A DNA stretch of 10,764 bases. It comes from Candidatus Aenigmatarchaeota archaeon. Lineage in GTDB: Archaea; Aenigmatarchaeota; Aenigmatarchaeia; CG10238-14; WAMV01. The position numbers and the translations under genes were made by a program. Of this stretch, positions 7,537 through 10,764 are shown piece by piece; position 1 is the stretch's first letter; each line of letters begins with the position of its first letter. Below the pieces are notes generated by a model. The model was not told the origin of the DNA, did not search any database, and saw only the letters and a program-made list of their open reading frames with translations. The stretch covers positions 1 through 10,764 of the forward strand of contig WAMV01000001.1 of NCBI GenBank assembly GCA_015522145.1, given 5' to 3'.

Positions 7537-8283
7537 GGCACTTACTCTAAGCAAATCTCTTATGCTAGTTGCTAAAGCTAGTGTGGCTATTAAAGCTTTG
7601 GTGTAATTTCTCTCATCCTTGTTTTCAACAAATCTGTCTAAATAGTAAAGCAAGGCCAGCACAACTATTATTTTAAGCAAAGGAAATATTTCAGGAGCTA
7701 TTAGAGAAATTAACACACTTGGAACAAAATGCTGCTCGGAATAACCAAAGAACTTTATAGCTAAATATGTTGTTGTCCCATCAAATATTTGCGCACCAGC
7801 CACAATCTTATTCTCTTTACTCCATTTTATTTTGTAGAGTATCAATGCTATGGGCAAAAAAACAATGAAATCAAGAATAGGCATGGCATAATTAACAATT
7901 TCTATGTTCGCTAAAGCTACACTAGCCAAAACAATTCCAAACAATGAAGTAATTTTGTAATACTTTTCTCTCATCAAATACCAAGAAAAAACTAAAGTTG
8001 TGAAAAAAACAAAGAATACAAGCAAGTATATGTTTGGTGTGGTAAAGAGAATGCTGTTAACTATACCAGCATCTTGCCAGACTCTTAAAGCGGAGCCGAA
8101 AACAATGTAAGGAAACAAAGCAATTGCAAACCTTTCATCAATTCTAATTTTCATTTTTTTAAGCAATTCGTAAATGATGTAAATAAATGCTAAAGCTATT
8201 AAACCAAGAGTCACTGTTTTCTCAAACGTATAACCTTCAGCAAAAGGATCTAAAAAATAGCTAACAATCTTTTCATGAAACAT
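7528..8283 (-). CDS. DUF63-family archaeal polytopic membrane protein (candidate AliA/AliB-like lipoprotein biogenesis enzyme)
   Basis: Multiple hydrophobic segments; DP..EGYT..KT, PYIVFGSALRVWQD, FTTPNIY, AQIFDGTTT, GYSEQH and ATSIRDLLR match my recollection of the DUF63 pattern. Confidence 0.78.
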   Translation of the reverse strand: MFHEKIVSYFLDPFAEGYTFEKTVTLGLIALAFIYIIYELLKKMKIRIDERFAIALFPYIVFGSALRVWQDAGIVNSILFTTPNIYLLVFFVFFTTLVFSWYLMREKYYKITSLFGIVLASVALANIEIVNYAMPILDFIVFLPIALILYKIKWSKENKIVAGAQIFDGTTTYLAIKFFGYSEQHFVPSVLISLIAPEIFPLLKIIVVLALLYYLDRFVENKDERNYTKALIATLALATSIRDLLRVSALV

Positions 8284-8320
8284 TATTAAAGTTTTATATC
8301 CTAATTTTTATAAGAGAAAC
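8284..8320. promoter_or_regulatory. 37-bp overlapping divergent promoters for the DUF63 gene and the lipoprotein gene
   Basis: + strand TTTTATAT at 8292-8299 is 22-29 nt before ATG 8321. Minus-strand TTATAAAA at 8313-8306 is 23-30 nt before ATG 8283. Confidence 0.55.
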
Positions 8321-9271
8321 ATGAATCTAAAAAGCCTTTTGCCAATTTTAGCTATAATTTTCGTAGCTGGTTGTGTTCAGCAAGCCCAAACTGTAGCTAC
8401 GCCTAGTGGCGTAATTGTAACTCAATTTGCCCCAGAAGTGCCAGAAATTTTTGAGGGAGAAGATGTAATGATAACAGCAATAATTCAAAACATAGGCGAT
8501 TCTGTAGCAAGTGATGTTAAAGCAACTTTGTTTGGTATAGATCCAAATAGTTGGGGAATAGCAAATGATGTGCAATCAATAGGTAGCTTAGAACCGCAAG
8601 AAGAGTATGAAATTATCTGGAGCGCTACCGCACCAAGCATTAGCGTTCCAGAGTTTACCTTTACACCTGTAGTTAGGGTGGAATATTACTATAGGACTGC
8701 GGCCTCTGCAAACATAAGATTCATAACAGATGATTATTATAACTCTTTGCCTTTGGATGAAAGGAAAACTGTACAAACGGGAATAATGTCCACACAAGTT
8801 TCCAAGGCACCTATCACGGTTTCCTTCTCAACAACCAAGAAATTGTTCAAAGTATCTGATAGTGTTTCTTCCTTGCCAGTAAAAGTTACAATACAGAACA
8901 TAGGTGGTGGCATTCCATTTTATGGTGATGATGAAAAAGTGGTTAGAGTTCAAATTGATGTGAATCCCGGCACAGTGGAGTGTGGTGATAAAGACTATGC
9001 TAATGGTGCTTTAGAAACTTTAATCAGAGGAGAAAGGAAAACAATAATTTGCTATATTAACCCAGGTTCATTTACAAACTTGGTTGATGTGGTTTTGAAT
9101 GTTAATTTGGATTATCAATATTACATTGATTCAAGCACTTCTATAAAAGTTATTAAACCAGAAGAATCAACAATAACACCAACTTTGCCTTCTCAACCCA
9201 CTACGACAGAAGGGGGAAGTTCAACACCTTCCTTACCCCCTAGCCCACCCAACGATGTGATTTCAAAATGA
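8321..9271 (+). CDS. Putative lipoprotein with Ig/CARDB-like beta-sandwich domains and a Pro/Thr/Ser-rich tail
   Basis: MNLKS, a hydrophobic stretch and lipobox FVAG-C (Cys18, TGT 8372-8374). ITAIIQNIGD...IGSLEPQEE...W is a CARDB-like pattern, repeated as VTIQNIGGG. C-terminal STITPTLPSQPTTTEGGSSTPSLPPSPP. Confidence 0.78.
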   Translation: MNLKSLLPILAIIFVAGCVQQAQTVATPSGVIVTQFAPEVPEIFEGEDVMITAIIQNIGDSVASDVKATLFGIDPNSWGIANDVQSIGSLEPQEEYEIIWSATAPSISVPEFTFTPVVRVEYYYRTAASANIRFITDDYYNSLPLDERKTVQTGIMSTQVSKAPITVSFSTTKKLFKVSDSVSSLPVKVTIQNIGGGIPFYGDDEKVVRVQIDVNPGTVECGDKDYANGALETLIRGERKTIICYINPGSFTNLVDVVLNVNLDYQYYIDSSTSIKVIKPEESTITPTLPSQPTTTEGGSSTPSLPPSPPNDVISK

Positions 9272-9330
9272 CATCATGTCAAACTGTTAATAATGTTCCT
9301 TCACTTTATATCTCTAAACTCCTTTTCTAA

Positions 9331-9402
9331 TGGGCCCGCCCGGAATCGAACCGGGACCTCTGCCGCGTGAAGGCAGCGTCCTAGCCATTAGACCACGGGC
9401 CC
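9331..9402 (-). tRNA. tRNA-Val(CAC), intronless, CCA not encoded
   Basis: Reverse complement GGGCCCG TG GTCT AATGGCTA GGAC G CTGCC TT-CAC-GC GGCAG AGGT CCCGG TTCGATT CCGGG CGGGCCC A forms a full cloverleaf. Confidence 0.97.
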
Positions 9403-9403
9403 T

Positions 9404-9994
9404 CTAAATTATAAATAAAAACACAGAGGGGATTAAAATTGTTATTAACCAAACCACGAAATTCCAGAAAATTATCTTACTTCCATCTAATGGAGGTATA
9501 GGCAGCAAGTTAAAGAATGCTAGCCAGAAGTTAAGTAAAGCTATTTGTTGAGCAAGAAAGTTAGGTATAAAATAAAGAGCCACACCAATCAAAATGTTAG
9601 TTATAGGCCCAACCAAAGAAATCATTGCGCTTTCTTTTAGCGTAATTCTTTTCATACCTTCCCATCTGCTAAACCTGTAAGGGTAAATCATTACTGCCCC
9701 AGGAACAATTAGCTTGAATCCAAAAAAAGCTAGGAATATGCTGAAAAGCATACCCTCTTTCCACATCTTAAAATATGCTTTACAGCCGTATTTTATGGCC
9801 ATGTATTTATGAGCTAATTCATGAGGTATGAAGGAAACTAATGAAATCAGCAAGTAAAGCGGAAACAGATAAATAATTGTTTGTGGATGCGAAATGCTGA
9901 AACCAAACATGAAAGCTACGTAGACGGTAGCAATTAGAATTTCCTTAATTTCCTCAACATCCATTTTCAGCTCTTTTAGCATGTCATAAACCAT
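9404..9994 (-). CDS. Site-2 protease (peptidase M50) intramembrane zinc metalloprotease
   Basis: HELAH zinc motif, PGAV, GPITN and FNLLPIPPLDGSKI; multiple TM helices; no PDZ or CBS domain. The true start may be ATG 9982. Confidence 0.92.
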   Translation of the reverse strand: MVYDMLKELKMDVEEIKEILIATVYVAFMFGFSISHPQTIIYLFPLYLLISLVSFIPHELAHKYMAIKYGCKAYFKMWKEGMLFSIFLAFFGFKLIVPGAVMIYPYRFSRWEGMKRITLKESAMISLVGPITNILIGVALYFIPNFLAQQIALLNFWLAFFNLLPIPPLDGSKIIFWNFVVWLITILIPSVFLFII

Positions 9995-10703
9995 AATAGC
10001 GCAGCACCTCTTCTATGTTTCTAACCTCTACTACTTTTATACCAACTCTTTCGGAAATATCAACATACTCCCTTTCATAGCTTATTGTGCAAACAACAAT
10101 GTTTACTATTTTCTTACATTCTTCTTTGGGTACATAGTTTATTTCCTTTCCCTGACCGTAAGGAACTAAAAATAAAGTGGCTCCGTAGTTTTTGGCAGCT
10201 ATGGCTTTTGCTTCTATACCACCCACTGGCCCTATGCTACCATCAGGCTCTATTGTACCTGTTATAAAAATGCTTTGGTTTATTGGCTTGCCCTCTAAAG
10301 CAGCTATGGTGGCAACCGTTATTGCTGCTCCAGCTGAAGGACCACCAACAATGCTTACATTAGAGGCTTCTATGCTATAAATTAAATCCACATCATCCAA
10401 AGTCCTTCCTAAATAGTCGGAAGCAACTTCTTTGGCTATTTGTATGGATTGTTGAGTATCAATCCAGAAGAGCAATAAGTTTATGTCTACAAGCAACCTT
10501 CCTTTACCAGGCAAGGATTCAACTATTAACGGTAGTGCAACTCCATTCCCCTGTCTATCAACAGCAGTCAGCAAAATCTTACTGACGTTTCTTTCAACAC
10601 TAGCATTTGTTATTTTAACAATTTTTACAGTTGTTTGAGTATTAGGTTTCTGTAAAAATAAGAAAACCATAAAGATTAGCAGTAACAAAACTTCTTTTCT
10701 CAT
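9984..10703 (-). CDS. Lon-type (S16) protease domain without AAA+ module, N-terminal membrane anchor/signal
   Basis: GGPSAG catalytic Ser, TGTIEPDGSIGPVGGIEAK with the Lys 43 residues after the Ser (Lon Ser-Lys dyad spacing), FLVP. N-terminus MRKEVLLLLIFMVFLFL. No Walker motifs. Confidence 0.88.
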   Translation of the reverse strand: MRKEVLLLLIFMVFLFLQKPNTQTTVKIVKITNASVERNVSKILLTAVDRQGNGVALPLIVESLPGKGRLLVDINLLLFWIDTQQSIQIAKEVASDYLGRTLDDVDLIYSIEASNVSIVGGPSAGAAITVATIAALEGKPINQSIFITGTIEPDGSIGPVGGIEAKAIAAKNYGATLFLVPYGQGKEINYVPKEECKKIVNIVVCTISYEREYVDISERVGIKVVEVRNIEEVLRYYGL

Positions 10704-10731
10704 GTGATTAGATTGTGATAGGAAAAATAAA

Positions 10732-10739
10732 TTTATAAA
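10732..10739 (-). promoter_or_regulatory. TATA box for the Lon-like/M50 transcript
   Basis: Palindromic TTTATAAA 29-36 nt upstream of ATG 10703. Confidence 0.5.
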
Positions 10740-10764
10740 GGCAGGGGCATGCTCTCGGTGGACA

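Noticed and set aside
8348..8797. Two short - strand ORFs (75 aa and 69 aa)
   Set aside because: Antisense within the lipoprotein gene, with no motifs.
9268..9330. 20-codon ORF MTSCQTVNNVPSLYISKLLF overlapping the lipoprotein stop (ATGA)
   Set aside because: Too short, with no SD or homology evidence; expected by chance.
3091..9402. Integrated element bounded by the tRNA genes
   Set aside because: No integrase and no duplicated tRNA 3' end were seen, and the interval holds core genes (endA, rps17e).
10085..10380. Two short + strand ORFs (60 aa and 62 aa)
   Set aside because: Antisense within the Lon-like protease gene.
1..10764. CRISPR array, IS element, or intron-containing/split tRNA near endA
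   Set aside because: No regularly spaced repeats, transposase or terminal inverted repeats were seen, and both tRNAs are contiguous cloverleaves.

Overview
Low-GC, densely packed archaeal chromosomal window. Gene content, short spacers and compact proteins suggest a DPANN-type archaeon, but this is inference. From left to right: a minus-strand, translationally coupled operon (aspS, short NMD3, aIF-1A, RIO1 kinase, KH/Dim2-like protein running off the left edge); tRNA-Phe(GAA); an endonuclease Q (PHP-family) gene interrupted by a 384-aa intein with a LAGLIDADG domain; a single-unit tRNA-splicing endonuclease with an atypical active site; ribosomal protein S17e; a membrane-anchored surface protein; a DUF63 membrane protein head-to-head with a lipobox lipoprotein; tRNA-Val(CAC); and an overlapping pair of an ATPase-less, membrane-anchored Lon-type protease and an M50 site-2 protease. 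The most notable items are the intein beside an EndoQ active-site His (Cys4 insert, shortened second LAGLIDADG half), the EndA with Ala at the canonical catalytic Lys position plus a basic loop insertion, and the DUF63/lipoprotein pair. No CRISPR array, transposase or integrase is visible. Family calls come from motif recognition and recalled reference sequences; no searches were run.
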